Below, one piece after another: positions 1-9,502 of a DNA stretch of 64,000 nt. Source of the stretch: Deltaproteobacteria bacterium (GTDB lineage Bacteria > Desulfobacterota > Binatia > DP-6); the NCBI GenBank assembly GCA_005888095.1, contig VBKF01000103.1, positions 35,845 to 99,844 of the forward strand, read 5' to 3'. A program made the translations under genes and the position numbers. Every line of letters starts with the position of its first letter. Within the stretch, counting starts at the first letter, position 1. Below the pieces are notes generated by a model. It was given only the letters and a program-made list of their open reading frames with translations, made no database searches and was not told where the DNA came from.

Positions 1-174
1 TACGGGCCGCACACCTGCGTCGGCATGCACCTCGCGCGCATGGAGACCCGCGTCGTGCTCGAGGCGGTGCTCGATCGTCTGCCGAACCTCCGCCTCGATC
101 CCGAGGCGCCCGACGTGCACATCACCGGCCTCTCGTTCCGCGCGCCGCGGCGGCTGCCGGTGCTCTTCGGCTGA
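1..174 (+). CDS. cytochrome P450, C-terminal fragment (the 5' end lies outside the window)
   Basis: Frame 1 reads YGPHTCVGMHLARMETRVVLEAVL...LPVLFG* with stop at 172-174. GPHTCVGMHLA matches the P450 heme-binding FxxGxHxCxG cysteine loop. Confidence 0.6.
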   Translation, partial: YGPHTCVGMHLARMETRVVLEAVLDRLPNLRLDPEAPDVHITGLSFRAPRRLPVLFG

Positions 175-192
175 CCGAGCGGCTCCCCGCCC

Positions 193-3100
193 ATGCACTG
201 CCCGTCCTGCGGACACGACCTGCGGCCCGGGGCGCGCTTCTGCGACGCGTGCGGTCATCCCGTCGGCGGGGTCGCGCCGCCCGAGCGTCGCCCCCACGCA
301 CCGGCCCACCTCGCCGAGAAGATCCTCGCGTCGCGGGGCCGGCTCGAGGGCGAGCGCAAGCACGTGACGGTGCTCTTCGCGGACGTGAAGGGGTCGATGG
401 AGCTCGCGGAGCGGGTCGATCCCGAGGCGTGGCACCGCATCCTCGACCGCTTCTTCGCGATCCTCGCCGACGGGGTGCACCGGTTCGAAGGCACCGTCAA
501 CCAGTTCACGGGCGACGGCATCATGGCGCTCTTCGGCGCACCGCTCGCGCACGAGGATCATGCACGGCGGGCCTGCGCCGCCGCGCTCCACCTCGGCGCG
601 GAGATCCGGCTCTACGCGCGCGATCTCCGCCTCGCCGAGGGACTGAACTTCTCCGTCCGCATGGGCCTCAACTCGGGCGAGGTCGTGGTGGGCACGATCG
701 GCGACGACCTGCACATGGACTACACCGCGCTCGGCGCGACCGTGGGTCTGGCGCAGCGCATGGAGCAGCTCGCCGAGCCCGGCAAGGTCTACCTGACCGA
801 GCACACGGCACGGCTGGTGGAAGGGTTCTTTCGCCTCGAGGAGCTCGGGCGGTTCAGCGTGAAAGGCCTGCGCGACCGGGTCCGGGTCTACGAGCTCGAG
901 GGCCCCGGCCCGCTCAAGACCCGCCTCGACGTCTCCCGCGCACGCGGCCTCTCCCGCTTCGTCGGACGCGTGGAGGAGACGGCGGCGCTGGAGGCCGCAC
1001 TCCGCCGGGCGGTGGAGGGACGCGGCGGGGTCGTGGGCATCGTCGCCGAGGCCGGAGTCGGCAAGAGCCGGCTCTGCTACGAGTTCATCGAGCGAACCCG
1101 CGCGCGCGGTCTCACGGCCCACCAGGCGCACTGCGTCGCCCACGGGAGGATGGTTCCCTTCCTCCCGATTCTCGAGCTCCTGCGCGGGTACTTCGGCATC
1201 TCCGAGCAGGATGGCAACGAGGCAGGCCGCCGGAAGATCGCCGGCACGGTGCTCTTGCTCGACCCGGAGCTCACCGAATCGCTCCCGCTCCTCTTCGACT
1301 TCCTCGGCGTGCCGGACCCCGAGCGCCGGGCTCAGCGCATGGACCCCGAGGCGCGCCAGCGCCGGCTCTGTGCGCTGTTCACGCGGCTGGTCCAGGCGCG
1401 GAGCCGCCGGGAGCCGAGCGTGCTCCTGGTCGAGGATCTCCACTGGGTGGACGGCGGCAGCGAGGTGTTCCTGGCGGAGCTCGTCGCGGCGCTGCCGGAG
1501 ACCGCCGCGCTGCTCCTCGTGACCCTCCGCCCGGAGTACCGGGCCGGCTGGTTCGGGACGTCCTCGTACCAGCAGCTGACGCTCGCACCGCTCGTCGCCG
1601 AGGCGAGCGCCGCCCTGCTCCAGGACCTGCTCGGCTCCAATCCGTCGCTCGCCGGGGTCGTCGGGCCCGTCCGCGAGCGCACCGCCGGAAATCCCTTCTT
1701 CATCGAGGAGGTCGTCCAGGCGCTGGTCGAGGGCGGGAGCCTCGTCGGGACGAAGGGCGCGTACCGGCTGGTCAAGCCGGTCGCCGAGCTCGTCGTCCCG
1801 CCCACGGTGCACGCGGTGCTCGCCGCGCGCATCGACCGGCTGCCCGAACGTGAGAAGGACATCCTGCAGACTGCCGCCGTCATCGGGAAGGAGTTCACGG
1901 AGCGGGTGCTGAGAGCGGTGAGTGAGCTTCCCGAGGCCGACGTCGGGGCGGCCCTCGCGACGCTCACGCAGGCCGAGTTCATCTACGAGGAACCCGTCCA
2001 TCCCGAGATCGAGTACAGCTTCAAGCACCCGCTGACCCACGAGGTGGCGTACCGCTCCCAGCTGGGCGAGCGGCGCGCCTCGACGCACGCGGCGGCGGCG
2101 CGGGCGATCGCCGAGCTCTACGCGGACAAGCTCGACGAGCGCGCGGCGCTCCTCGCCCACCACTGGGAAGCGGCCGGCGAGAGCCTCGAAGCGGCGCGCT
2201 GGAGCCGCCGAGCCGCCGAGTGGGCGGGGGTCAGCGACCTCGCCGAGGCCGCGGCCCAGTGGCGGAAGGTGCGCGAGCTGCTCGCCACGGTCCCCGACTC
2301 TGCGGAGCGGCTGGAGATGGGCGTGCAGGCGGACATCGCGCTCCTGGGCCTCGGCTGGCGGTTCGGCATCGCGGAGGACGAAGCCGCGGCGATCTTTGCG
2401 GAAGGCGTGGCCCTCGCCCGGCAGACGCACGATCCTGGCGCGCTTTCGACGCTCCTCAACACGTACGGCATGGTCCGGGGGATGTCCGGGCACGTCGCCG
2501 AGGCCGTGGAGCGCACGCGGGAGGGGACGCGTCTGGCGGACGAGACCAACGACGCGGGCCGGCAGCTCGGCTCGCGCGTCGCGCTCGTCGAGGCCCAGTA
2601 CATGGCGGGAGACCTGCGCGGCGCACTCGAGACGCTCGGGGAGGCGCGCGCGTACGCCGCCGAGGCGCCGAGCGGCGCCCGGATTCGAACCGGCTTCAGC
2701 CCCTCCAACTGGATGGTCATGATGAGCGGATGGCTCCTCTTCGACACCGGTCATCCCGAGGAGGCCGCGCGCGAGCTCGAGCGCGCCCGCTCGCTCGCAC
2801 GCGAGCATGGCGAGACCGAGCTCCTCGGCTGGGCGCACGAGCTCAGCGCGCACGTGGCGGCGTTCAGAGGAGACTCGGACGGGGCGCTCGATCACGCCCG
2901 CCAGGCGTTCGACATCGCCGAGCGAATCGGGAGCTCGTTCTCGCGGACGTCGGCATACGACGCGCTCGGCTGCGTGCACCTCGCGAACCAGGGTTGGGCG
3001 TCGGCCGCGAGCGCGTTCGAGCAGGCCCTCTCCATCGTCCGGGAGCGAGGGATCGGGCTCCACTGGGAGCCCCGCATCCTCGCCGAGCTCGCCGAGGCGC

Positions 3101-3435
3101 AGCTCGGAGGCGGAGACGTCGAGAAGGCGCGGGCCACGGCCGAGGATGCCGTGCGGCGGGTCCGCGCTCTCTCGACGAAGGTGACCGAGTGCCGTGCACT
3201 CCTGACCTTCGCCCGGGTTCTGCTGCGGAGCGAGGGAGCCGGGGCGCGCGGTCCGGTGGAGGCCGCGCTCGGCCGGACGCTCGCGCTGGTCGCGGAAACC
3301 GGCGCCGGCCTCTACGAGCCCCAGATTCGTCTCGAGCTGGCGGAGCTCGCGCGCCTCACGGGCGACGAGGATGCGCGCCGGCGCGAGCTCTCCGAAGCGC
3401 GGCGCCTGCTCGGCGCAATGGGGTGTTTGGCCTAG
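193..3435 (+). CDS. multidomain signalling protein: N-terminal zinc ribbon, class III adenylate/guanylate cyclase domain, AAA/STAND ATPase (AAA_16-like), C-terminal TPR-like repeats
   Basis: The 1080-aa ORF begins CPSCGhdlrpgarFCDACG, a zinc-ribbon pattern. It then has cyclase-homology motifs (VTVLFADVKGS, FTGDGIMALFGAP) and a Walker A motif (GIVAEAGVGKSRL). The C-terminal 400 aa are Ala/Leu/Arg-rich and helical, consistent with TPR repeats. Confidence 0.8.
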   Translation: MHCPSCGHDLRPGARFCDACGHPVGGVAPPERRPHAPAHLAEKILASRGRLEGERKHVTVLFADVKGSMELAERVDPEAWHRILDRFFAILADGVHRFEGTVNQFTGDGIMALFGAPLAHEDHARRACAAALHLGAEIRLYARDLRLAEGLNFSVRMGLNSGEVVVGTIGDDLHMDYTALGATVGLAQRMEQLAEPGKVYLTEHTARLVEGFFRLEELGRFSVKGLRDRVRVYELEGPGPLKTRLDVSRARGLSRFVGRVEETAALEAALRRAVEGRGGVVGIVAEAGVGKSRLCYEFIERTRARGLTAHQAHCVAHGRMVPFLPILELLRGYFGISEQDGNEAGRRKIAGTVLLLDPELTESLPLLFDFLGVPDPERRAQRMDPEARQRRLCALFTRLVQARSRREPSVLLVEDLHWVDGGSEVFLAELVAALPETAALLLVTLRPEYRAGWFGTSSYQQLTLAPLVAEASAALLQDLLGSNPSLAGVVGPVRERTAGNPFFIEEVVQALVEGGSLVGTKGAYRLVKPVAELVVPPTVHAVLAARIDRLPEREKDILQTAAVIGKEFTERVLRAVSELPEADVGAALATLTQAEFIYEEPVHPEIEYSFKHPLTHEVAYRSQLGERRASTHAAAARAIAELYADKLDERAALLAHHWEAAGESLEAARWSRRAAEWAGVSDLAEAAAQWRKVRELLATVPDSAERLEMGVQADIALLGLGWRFGIAEDEAAAIFAEGVALARQTHDPGALSTLLNTYGMVRGMSGHVAEAVERTREGTRLADETNDAGRQLGSRVALVEAQYMAGDLRGALETLGEARAYAAEAPSGARIRTGFSPSNWMVMMSGWLLFDTGHPEEAARELERARSLAREHGETELLGWAHELSAHVAAFRGDSDGALDHARQAFDIAERIGSSFSRTSAYDALGCVHLANQGWASAASAFEQALSIVRERGIGLHWEPRILAELAEAQLGGGDVEKARATAEDAVRRVRALSTKVTECRALLTFARVLLRSEGAGARGPVEAALGRTLALVAETGAGLYEPQIRLELAELARLTGDEDARRRELSEARRLLGAMGCLA

Positions 3436-4721
3436 AACACGTCGCCCAGGCGGATCGTCTGCTCGCGCTGCGGGCCGACCGACAGCAAGACGACCGGCGT
3501 GCCGACCAGCGCCGACAGTCGGTCGAGGTAGCGACGCGCGTTCGGCGGCAGGTCGGCGAGCGCACGCACCGCACCCAGGCTCTCCCGCCACCCCGCCAGC
3601 TCCTCGTAGAGCGGCACGACCCGCTCCCAGCCCCTCTGCGTCGCGGGCGGAAAGTCCCGGCGCCGGCCGTCGAGCTCGTAGGCGACGCAGACCCGCAGCG
3701 GGTCGATGCCGGTCAGCACATCGAGCTTGGTGAGGGCGAGACCGTCGACACCGGAGAGCGCGGTCGCGTGGCGCACCACGACCGCGTCGAACCAGCCGCA
3801 GCGACGCGGGCGGCCCGTGGTGGCGCCGTACTCGTCGCCGTCGGCGCGCAGCCGATCGCCGAGCGCATCGGCGAGCTCGGTCGGGAAGGGGCCCGAGCCG
3901 ACGCGCGTCGTGTAGGCCTTGGCGATGCCGACGATCCGTCCGATGGCGCGGGGCGGCACGCCCGCACCGGCCGAGGCGCCTCCGGCCAGCGTGCTGGAAG
4001 AGGTCACGAACGGGTACGTCCCGTGGTCGACGTCGAGGAGCGCGCCCTGGGCGCCCTCGAGGAGCACGCGCCGGCCGGCGGCGAGCGCGGCACGGAGCTC
4101 GGCCGTCGTGTCGGCGACGAAGGGCCGCAGCCGCTCGCGGTAGCCCCGGTAGCGGTCGTGGATGTCGTCGAAGGCGAGCGGCGGCTCGCCGAGGAGCGCC
4201 TGCAGGTACCCGTTCTTCTCGCGCAGGTTGCGCTCGAGCGCGTCGCGGAACCCGGGCTCGTCGAACAGCTCGCCGACGCGGATGCCCGTCCGCGCCATCT
4301 TGTCCTCGTAGGCGGGGCCGATGCCGCGGCCCGTCGTGCCGATGTTCCCGGGGCCGCGGAGGCGCTCGCGCGCCCGGTCGATGGCCCGGTGGTAGGGCAT
4401 GATGAGATGCGCCTGCTCGCTGATGCGCAGCCACCGGTCGTCGCTGAGGTAGCCGCGGCGGCGGAGCGCGTCGATCTCGCCGACCAGCACCTCGGGATCG
4501 ATCACCATGCCCGGTCCCATCACGCAGATGCGGCCGGGGTGGAGCACACCCGCGGGGATCAGGTTGAGGATCGTCTTCTCGCCGTCGACCACCAGGGTGT
4601 GTCCGGCATTGTTGCCGCCGTGGAAGCGGACGACGACGTCGGCGTCCGCCGCCAGGAGGTCGACGATCTTTCCCTTCCCCTCGTCACCCCACTGGGTGCC
4701 CGTGACGACCGCGGCAGGCAC
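3432..4721 (-). CDS. purA: adenylosuccinate synthetase
   Basis: N-terminus VVTGTQWGDEGKGKIVD and GGNNAGHT are PurA signatures. The stop overlaps the upstream gene by 4 nt. Confidence 0.95.
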   Translation of the reverse strand: MPAAVVTGTQWGDEGKGKIVDLLAADADVVVRFHGGNNAGHTLVVDGEKTILNLIPAGVLHPGRICVMGPGMVIDPEVLVGEIDALRRRGYLSDDRWLRISEQAHLIMPYHRAIDRARERLRGPGNIGTTGRGIGPAYEDKMARTGIRVGELFDEPGFRDALERNLREKNGYLQALLGEPPLAFDDIHDRYRGYRERLRPFVADTTAELRAALAAGRRVLLEGAQGALLDVDHGTYPFVTSSSTLAGGASAGAGVPPRAIGRIVGIAKAYTTRVGSGPFPTELADALGDRLRADGDEYGATTGRPRRCGWFDAVVVRHATALSGVDGLALTKLDVLTGIDPLRVCVAYELDGRRRDFPPATQRGWERVVPLYEELAGWRESLGAVRALADLPPNARRYLDRLSALVGTPVVLLSVGPQREQTIRLGDVF

Positions 4722-4728
4722 CGAACGC

Positions 4729-6318
4729 CTACAGCCGCAGCACGTCGGCCGAGACGATCTGCGGGAGCTTCCGCAACTCCGCCACCACCTCCGGCGGCAC
4801 GGGATCGTCGACGTGGATCAGGGAGATCGCCATGCCCCCGACCCGCTCGCGGCCGAGCTCGAGGCCGGCGATGTTGACGCCGCGCTCGCCGAGGAGCGTG
4901 CCGACGCGGCCGACGACGCCGGGCACGTCGCGGTTGTGCAGCATCAGGATGTGGCCCTCGGGAACGGCCTCCATGCGGAAGCCGTCGATCTTGGTCAGGC
5001 GGATCGTCTCGGCGCCGAACACCGCGCCCTCGACCGCCGTCGTGCGCGAGGCCGTGCGCACGCCGACGCGGACCGCGTTCAGGTAGTCGCTCGACTGCGT
5101 GGCGCGGGACTCGATCACCTTGATGCCCCGCTCGCGGGCGAACGCCGGCGCGTTCACGTAGTTGACGCTCGGGTCGAGGAGCTGGGCGAGGAGCCCGCGC
5201 AGCGCGGCGGTGGTGAGCGCCCGGCTCTCGCGCTCGGCCGCCTCGCCGCTCACCTCGACCGTCACCTCGAGCGGCGGCTCGGGCAGGAGCTGGCCGGCGA
5301 GCGCGCCGAGCTTCTCGGCGAGCAGCAGGTAGGGGCGGAGGACCTGCACCACCTCGGGCGAGAGCGACGGGGCGTTGACCGCGTTCTGGATGACCCCCCG
5401 GCAGAGGAAATCCGCCACCTGCTGCGCGATCGCGATGGCGACGTTCACCTGCGCCTCGCCGGTGGAGGCGCCGAGGTGCGGGGTGGCGATCACCTGCTCG
5501 AGCGCGAGGAGCGGGTGCCCGCTCGGGGGCGGCTCCTCGGCAAAGACGTCGAGCGCCGCGCCCGCCACCTGACCCGAGCGGATCGCGGCGGCCAGCGCCG
5601 GCTCGTCGACGATGCCGCCGCGCGCGCAGTTGACGAGGCGGACGCCGCGCTTCATGCGGGCGATGGTGGCGGCGCCGATCAGGCCTCGCGTCTCGGGCGT
5701 CAGCGGGGTGTGGATGGTGATGAAGTCCGCACGCGCATAGATCTCGTCGAGCGAGACGAGCTCGACCCGCAGGCGCGCCGCCGCCTCGGCGGTCACGAAG
5801 GGGTCGAAGGCGATCACCTTCATGCGCAGCCCGAGCGCCCGCTCGGCCACGATCGTGCCGATGTTGCCGAGCCCGACGATGCCGAGCGTCTTGTTGCAGA
5901 CCTCGGTGCCGATCCAGCGCTCGCGCGGCCACTTGCCCGCCTTCACCGCGGCATCCGCCTGCGGGATGTTGCGGGCGAGCGCGAGCAGCATCGCGATCGC
6001 GTGCTCGGCGGTCGTGACGTTGCTCCCGCCGGGGGTGTTCATGACGACGACGCCGCGCTTGGTAGCGGCGTCGACGTCGATGTTGTCGACGCCGATGCCG
6101 GCCCGGCCGATCACGCGCAGCACGTCGGCACCGGCGAGGTTCTCGGCCGTCACCTTGGTGCGGCTGCGCACGATGAGAGCGTGGAAGCCGCGGATCGCCT
6201 GGCGGAGCTCGCCGGGACCGAGCTCGGTGCGCGCGACGACCTCGAGCTCGGAATGCTGGCGGAGGTGCGCCAGCCCCTCGGGACCGAGCGGGTCGGTCAG
6301 CAGGACGCGGTACGCCAT
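4729..6318 (-). CDS. serA: D-3-phosphoglycerate dehydrogenase (long form with C-terminal ACT domain)
   Basis: 529 aa with a 2-hydroxyacid dehydrogenase core (GLGNIGTIVAERA, NADH-binding) and a C-terminal ACT-like tail. It sits next to a class V aminotransferase. Confidence 0.9.
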   Translation of the reverse strand: MAYRVLLTDPLGPEGLAHLRQHSELEVVARTELGPGELRQAIRGFHALIVRSRTKVTAENLAGADVLRVIGRAGIGVDNIDVDAATKRGVVVMNTPGGSNVTTAEHAIAMLLALARNIPQADAAVKAGKWPRERWIGTEVCNKTLGIVGLGNIGTIVAERALGLRMKVIAFDPFVTAEAAARLRVELVSLDEIYARADFITIHTPLTPETRGLIGAATIARMKRGVRLVNCARGGIVDEPALAAAIRSGQVAGAALDVFAEEPPPSGHPLLALEQVIATPHLGASTGEAQVNVAIAIAQQVADFLCRGVIQNAVNAPSLSPEVVQVLRPYLLLAEKLGALAGQLLPEPPLEVTVEVSGEAAERESRALTTAALRGLLAQLLDPSVNYVNAPAFARERGIKVIESRATQSSDYLNAVRVGVRTASRTTAVEGAVFGAETIRLTKIDGFRMEAVPEGHILMLHNRDVPGVVGRVGTLLGERGVNIAGLELGRERVGGMAISLIHVDDPVPPEVVAELRKLPQIVSADVLRL

Positions 6319-6319
6319 C

Positions 6320-7471
6320 TCAGCGCGCGGGCAGCCCCTCGGCGAGCACCGCCTCGGCCGCGCCGACGCCGCGTCCGAGCTCGACCGGCGCGCCGAAGTG
6401 ACGAAGCGCGAGCTCGAGCGCAGCGACCCCGGTCACCACGTCGAAGGCGTCGACGTAGCCGAGGTGCGCGATGCGGATGACCTTTCCCTTCAGCCGGTCC
6501 TGGCCTCCGGCGAAGGTGACCCGCATGCGGTCGCGCAGGTAGCGGAAGAGCGCGCTGCCGTCGAGACCGTCCGGCAGGCGGATCGCCGTCGCCGCCGGGC
6601 TCGGAGCGTCGGGGGCGAGGAGGCCGAGTCCGAGCGCCGCCGCTGCCGCGCGCGTGGCGCGTGCCAGCCGGTCGTGGCGGGCGTAGACCCCCGGGAGCCC
6701 CTCGTCGAGCAGCAGGCGGAGCGCGGCGCGCAGCCCGTAGATGAGCGAGATGGCCGGCGTCCAGGCCGTCGAGCGCTCAGCCACGCCCTTCCGCTCGCGC
6801 CGGAAGTCGAAGTAGAAGCGCGGCAGCCGCGCGCGCTCGGTCGCCGCCCAGGCGCGCTCCGAGAGCGCGGCGAAGGCGAGCCCCGGCGGCAGCATGAGGG
6901 CCTTCTGCGAGCCGGTGACGAGCACGTCGATGCCGAGCCGGTCCATGGGCAGGTCGACGACGCCGACCGCGGTGATCCCGTCGACCACGAGGAGCACGTC
7001 GCGCCGGCGGGTGAGCTCGGCGAGGGCCGGGACGGGGTGAAGGACGCAGGTGGAGGTCTCGCTCGCCTGCGCGAAGACGGCGCGGACCTTCGGGTGCGCC
7101 TCGAGGGCATGCGCCACCGCCGCCGGCTCGACCGCCCGCCCCCACTCGACGGTCACCTCGTGCACCACGACGCCGTAGCCCTGGCAGATCTTCGTCCAGC
7201 GCTCGCCGAACTTGCCCCCGTTGACGACGACCACCTCGTCCCCGGGCGAGAGGAGGTTGGTGACCGAGCCCTCCATGGCGCCGGTGCCCGAGGCGGCGAG
7301 CACGAGCACGTCCTGGCCGGTCCCGAAGAGCTCGCGCAGCCCCTCCTGCACCTCGGCCAGCATCTCGCCGAACTGCGGCGTGCGATGGTGGATCACGGGC
7401 AGCGCCATCGCGGCCGCCACCTCGGGCGGCACCGGGGTGGGACCGGGCGCGAGCAGATACGATTTGATCAC
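6320..7471 (-). CDS. serC: class V aminotransferase (phosphoserine / serine-glyoxylate aminotransferase type)
   Basis: 383 aa, MIKSYLLAPGPTPVPPEV... is the typical AGXT/SerC class V N-terminus. Immediately upstream of serA with a 2-nt gap, consistent with an operon. Confidence 0.8.
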   Translation of the reverse strand: MIKSYLLAPGPTPVPPEVAAAMALPVIHHRTPQFGEMLAEVQEGLRELFGTGQDVLVLAASGTGAMEGSVTNLLSPGDEVVVVNGGKFGERWTKICQGYGVVVHEVTVEWGRAVEPAAVAHALEAHPKVRAVFAQASETSTCVLHPVPALAELTRRRDVLLVVDGITAVGVVDLPMDRLGIDVLVTGSQKALMLPPGLAFAALSERAWAATERARLPRFYFDFRRERKGVAERSTAWTPAISLIYGLRAALRLLLDEGLPGVYARHDRLARATRAAAAALGLGLLAPDAPSPAATAIRLPDGLDGSALFRYLRDRMRVTFAGGQDRLKGKVIRIAHLGYVDAFDVVTGVAALELALRHFGAPVELGRGVGAAEAVLAEGLPAR

Positions 7472-7694
7472 GACTGTATGGACCCCGCCGTTTCCCGTGG
7501 GCCCAGGCGTTCGGCCCGCTGGTGGCTCAGCACTCCCCCGTGGTCAATTCCACGCGAACGCCAGTCGTGCGAGCGATCGTTCTTTGGTTCGTTTAGCCGC
7601 GGGCTGCACAGATTGTCAAGGCACGCGGGGACACCATCGTCGTGCCGCCGCAATTCGTTGACTCGTCTGCGCTTATCCGTTAGCGCAATCGCAG

Positions 7695-9467
7695 GTGTCG
7701 CGCCGCCTCCCACTCGCCTACCTGACCGTGCTCGCACTCGCCACGGCGGTGCCGTCCGCCGGCGAGGACCCTCCCGACGCTCGCGAGCCGTCGTGGCGCG
7801 GTGCAGGCCTCGCCCCGTCGTGGCGCCGGAGTTTGCCGGAGAGCGAGGCGCTCCGCATCCCCACGCCGATCACGCGCGACGAGGAAGTCGAGCGGGTGAC
7901 GCTCAAGGAGGCGATCGGCATCGCGCTCGAGAACAACCCCGGCATCGCCGCTCAGCGCCTCGAGCCGACGCGACAGGGCGCGGGCGTCCTGCAGGCCGGG
8001 GCCACCTTCGACCCGACGCTGTCGGGCGAGCTCACGCACCGGAACAGCATCACCCCTAACGCGAGCGCACTGGCCGGCACCCGTACCCTCGTCACGGACG
8101 ACCGGAGCGCCAACTTGCACCTCTTCAAGACCTTCCGGACCGGCACCACCGCGACCGTCGACTTCCTGAACGACCGGCTGGACACCAATCCCCGCTTCCA
8201 GCAGCTCCGCCCGGAGTACCAGGCGGCGCTCAACCTCTCGCTCGTCCAACCCCTCCTCAGGAACTTCGGGTGGGACTTCTCCTACCTCATCGTGCGCGTC
8301 GCGGAGCAGGTGGCGGATGCCGCGGTCTACCAGTACCAGGCACAGGTGGCCGACTTCGTCCAGCAGGTGATCGAGGCGTACTGGAACGTCGTCCGGACGC
8401 GCGAGAACCTCGAGGTGCAGCGCGAGTCCAAGACGCTCGCCGACCGCACCGTCCACGAGAACGAGGCCCGGGTGCGGGTGGGGCTGCTTCCGCCCGTCGC
8501 CGTGCTCGAGGCGGAGGCCGACGCCAAGAGCCGCGAGGAGCAGGTGATCCAGGCTGACAACGACCTCGCCGTCGCCCGCCAGCTGCTGGCTCAGACAGCC
8601 TTCTATCGGCCGGCCGACACCTTCGTCCCCCGCACCCTGGAGCCCGCCGACGAGGTGGTTCCGGAGGACGTCACGGTCGACATCGAGCACGGGCTCAGCA
8701 CGGCGCTGAGCAATCGCCCCGAGATCCAAGCCTCGGCGCGCGGCATCCTCGTTCAGCAGCTGAACGAGCGCATCGCCACCAACGGGCTCCTGCCGCGGCT
8801 CGACGTCGTCGGCAGCTACGGGGTGAATGGGCTGAGCGGCACGAATCGCGCCGTCTCCCTGACGACGGTCGCGTTCAGCCCGACGGACCTCGGGGGCGGG
8901 CGATGCGTTCCCCTCGGATCCGGCCAGGGGTTCATCTGCAAGGTTGTGCTCAACGCGGCCTCGCCCTTCGCCGGGTCCGCCAGTGAGGCGTACCGTCGGC
9001 TCGAGTCGAACGACTTCCGCAGCTACTCCTTCGGCCTCCAGTTCCAGATGCCGCTCTCGAACGCGCTCGCGCGCAGCGAGCTGACCCAGAGCCGGATCAC
9101 GCGCAGCCAGGCGGAGCTGAACCACCGCCAGCTCCTCTCGAACGTCACCCTCGAGGTCCGCAAGAGCGCCGCCGACGTCACCTCGGCACGCCAGCGGATC
9201 GACACGACGCGCGTTGCCCGCGCGCTCGCCGAGGAGAACCTGCGCAACCAGGAAAAGCGGCACGAGGTCGGCATGGCGACCACGAAGGACCTGCTCGACT
9301 TCCAGACCCGGCTGACGAGCGCCCGCGCCGCCGAGGTGCAGGCGAAGGTCGACTACGCGATCGCCGTGGCCAGCTGGCTGCGGGCGCAAGGCCGGCTGCT
9401 CGCGAACTACCAGGTGGTGGTCGAGCAACCGGGGCGACGAGGCACCCCCTGGTTCGCGCGGTTCTGA
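7695..9467 (+). CDS. TolC-family outer membrane efflux protein with signal peptide
   Basis: N-terminal signal peptide (LAYLTVLALATAVPSAG). LKEAIGIALENNPGIAAQRLE is the hallmark start of the OEP/TolC repeat, and the two-repeat architecture fits. No partner pump genes are adjacent. Confidence 0.8.
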   Translation: MSRRLPLAYLTVLALATAVPSAGEDPPDAREPSWRGAGLAPSWRRSLPESEALRIPTPITRDEEVERVTLKEAIGIALENNPGIAAQRLEPTRQGAGVLQAGATFDPTLSGELTHRNSITPNASALAGTRTLVTDDRSANLHLFKTFRTGTTATVDFLNDRLDTNPRFQQLRPEYQAALNLSLVQPLLRNFGWDFSYLIVRVAEQVADAAVYQYQAQVADFVQQVIEAYWNVVRTRENLEVQRESKTLADRTVHENEARVRVGLLPPVAVLEAEADAKSREEQVIQADNDLAVARQLLAQTAFYRPADTFVPRTLEPADEVVPEDVTVDIEHGLSTALSNRPEIQASARGILVQQLNERIATNGLLPRLDVVGSYGVNGLSGTNRAVSLTTVAFSPTDLGGGRCVPLGSGQGFICKVVLNAASPFAGSASEAYRRLESNDFRSYSFGLQFQMPLSNALARSELTQSRITRSQAELNHRQLLSNVTLEVRKSAADVTSARQRIDTTRVARALAEENLRNQEKRHEVGMATTKDLLDFQTRLTSARAAEVQAKVDYAIAVASWLRAQGRLLANYQVVVEQPGRRGTPWFARF

Positions 9468-9502
9468 TCCGCGGTGATCGGGGGCTCCGGCCGCCGGCTG
9501 TT

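Noticed and set aside
249-1853. 534-aa ORF in an alternate frame inside the cyclase/ATPase gene (and similar Arg/Pro/Gly-rich ORFs on both strands throughout, for example 2220-4877 +, 4507-6480 +, 4559-5932 -, 5822-8059 +, 7680-9428 -, 18301-19371 -, 24889-26274 -, 26462-28588 +, 55612-58125 +, 56902-58605 N-terminal part, 58234-60474 +)
   Set aside because: Extreme Arg/Ala/Gly/Pro composition with no motifs; they are shadows of real genes, open in off-frames because the DNA is so GC-rich and stop codons rare. Each overlaps a gene with clear homology.
7495-7570. tRNA-like element (T-arm-like stem cgtgg/ccacg with a 7-nt loop and an acceptor-like 8-bp pairing GGCGTTCG/CGAACGCC followed by A)
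   Set aside because: Only about 25 nt separate the putative acceptor 5' strand from the T stem, too short for D and anticodon arms. The loop sequence TCAATTC does not fit the T-loop consensus. Kept as a regulatory hairpin candidate instead.
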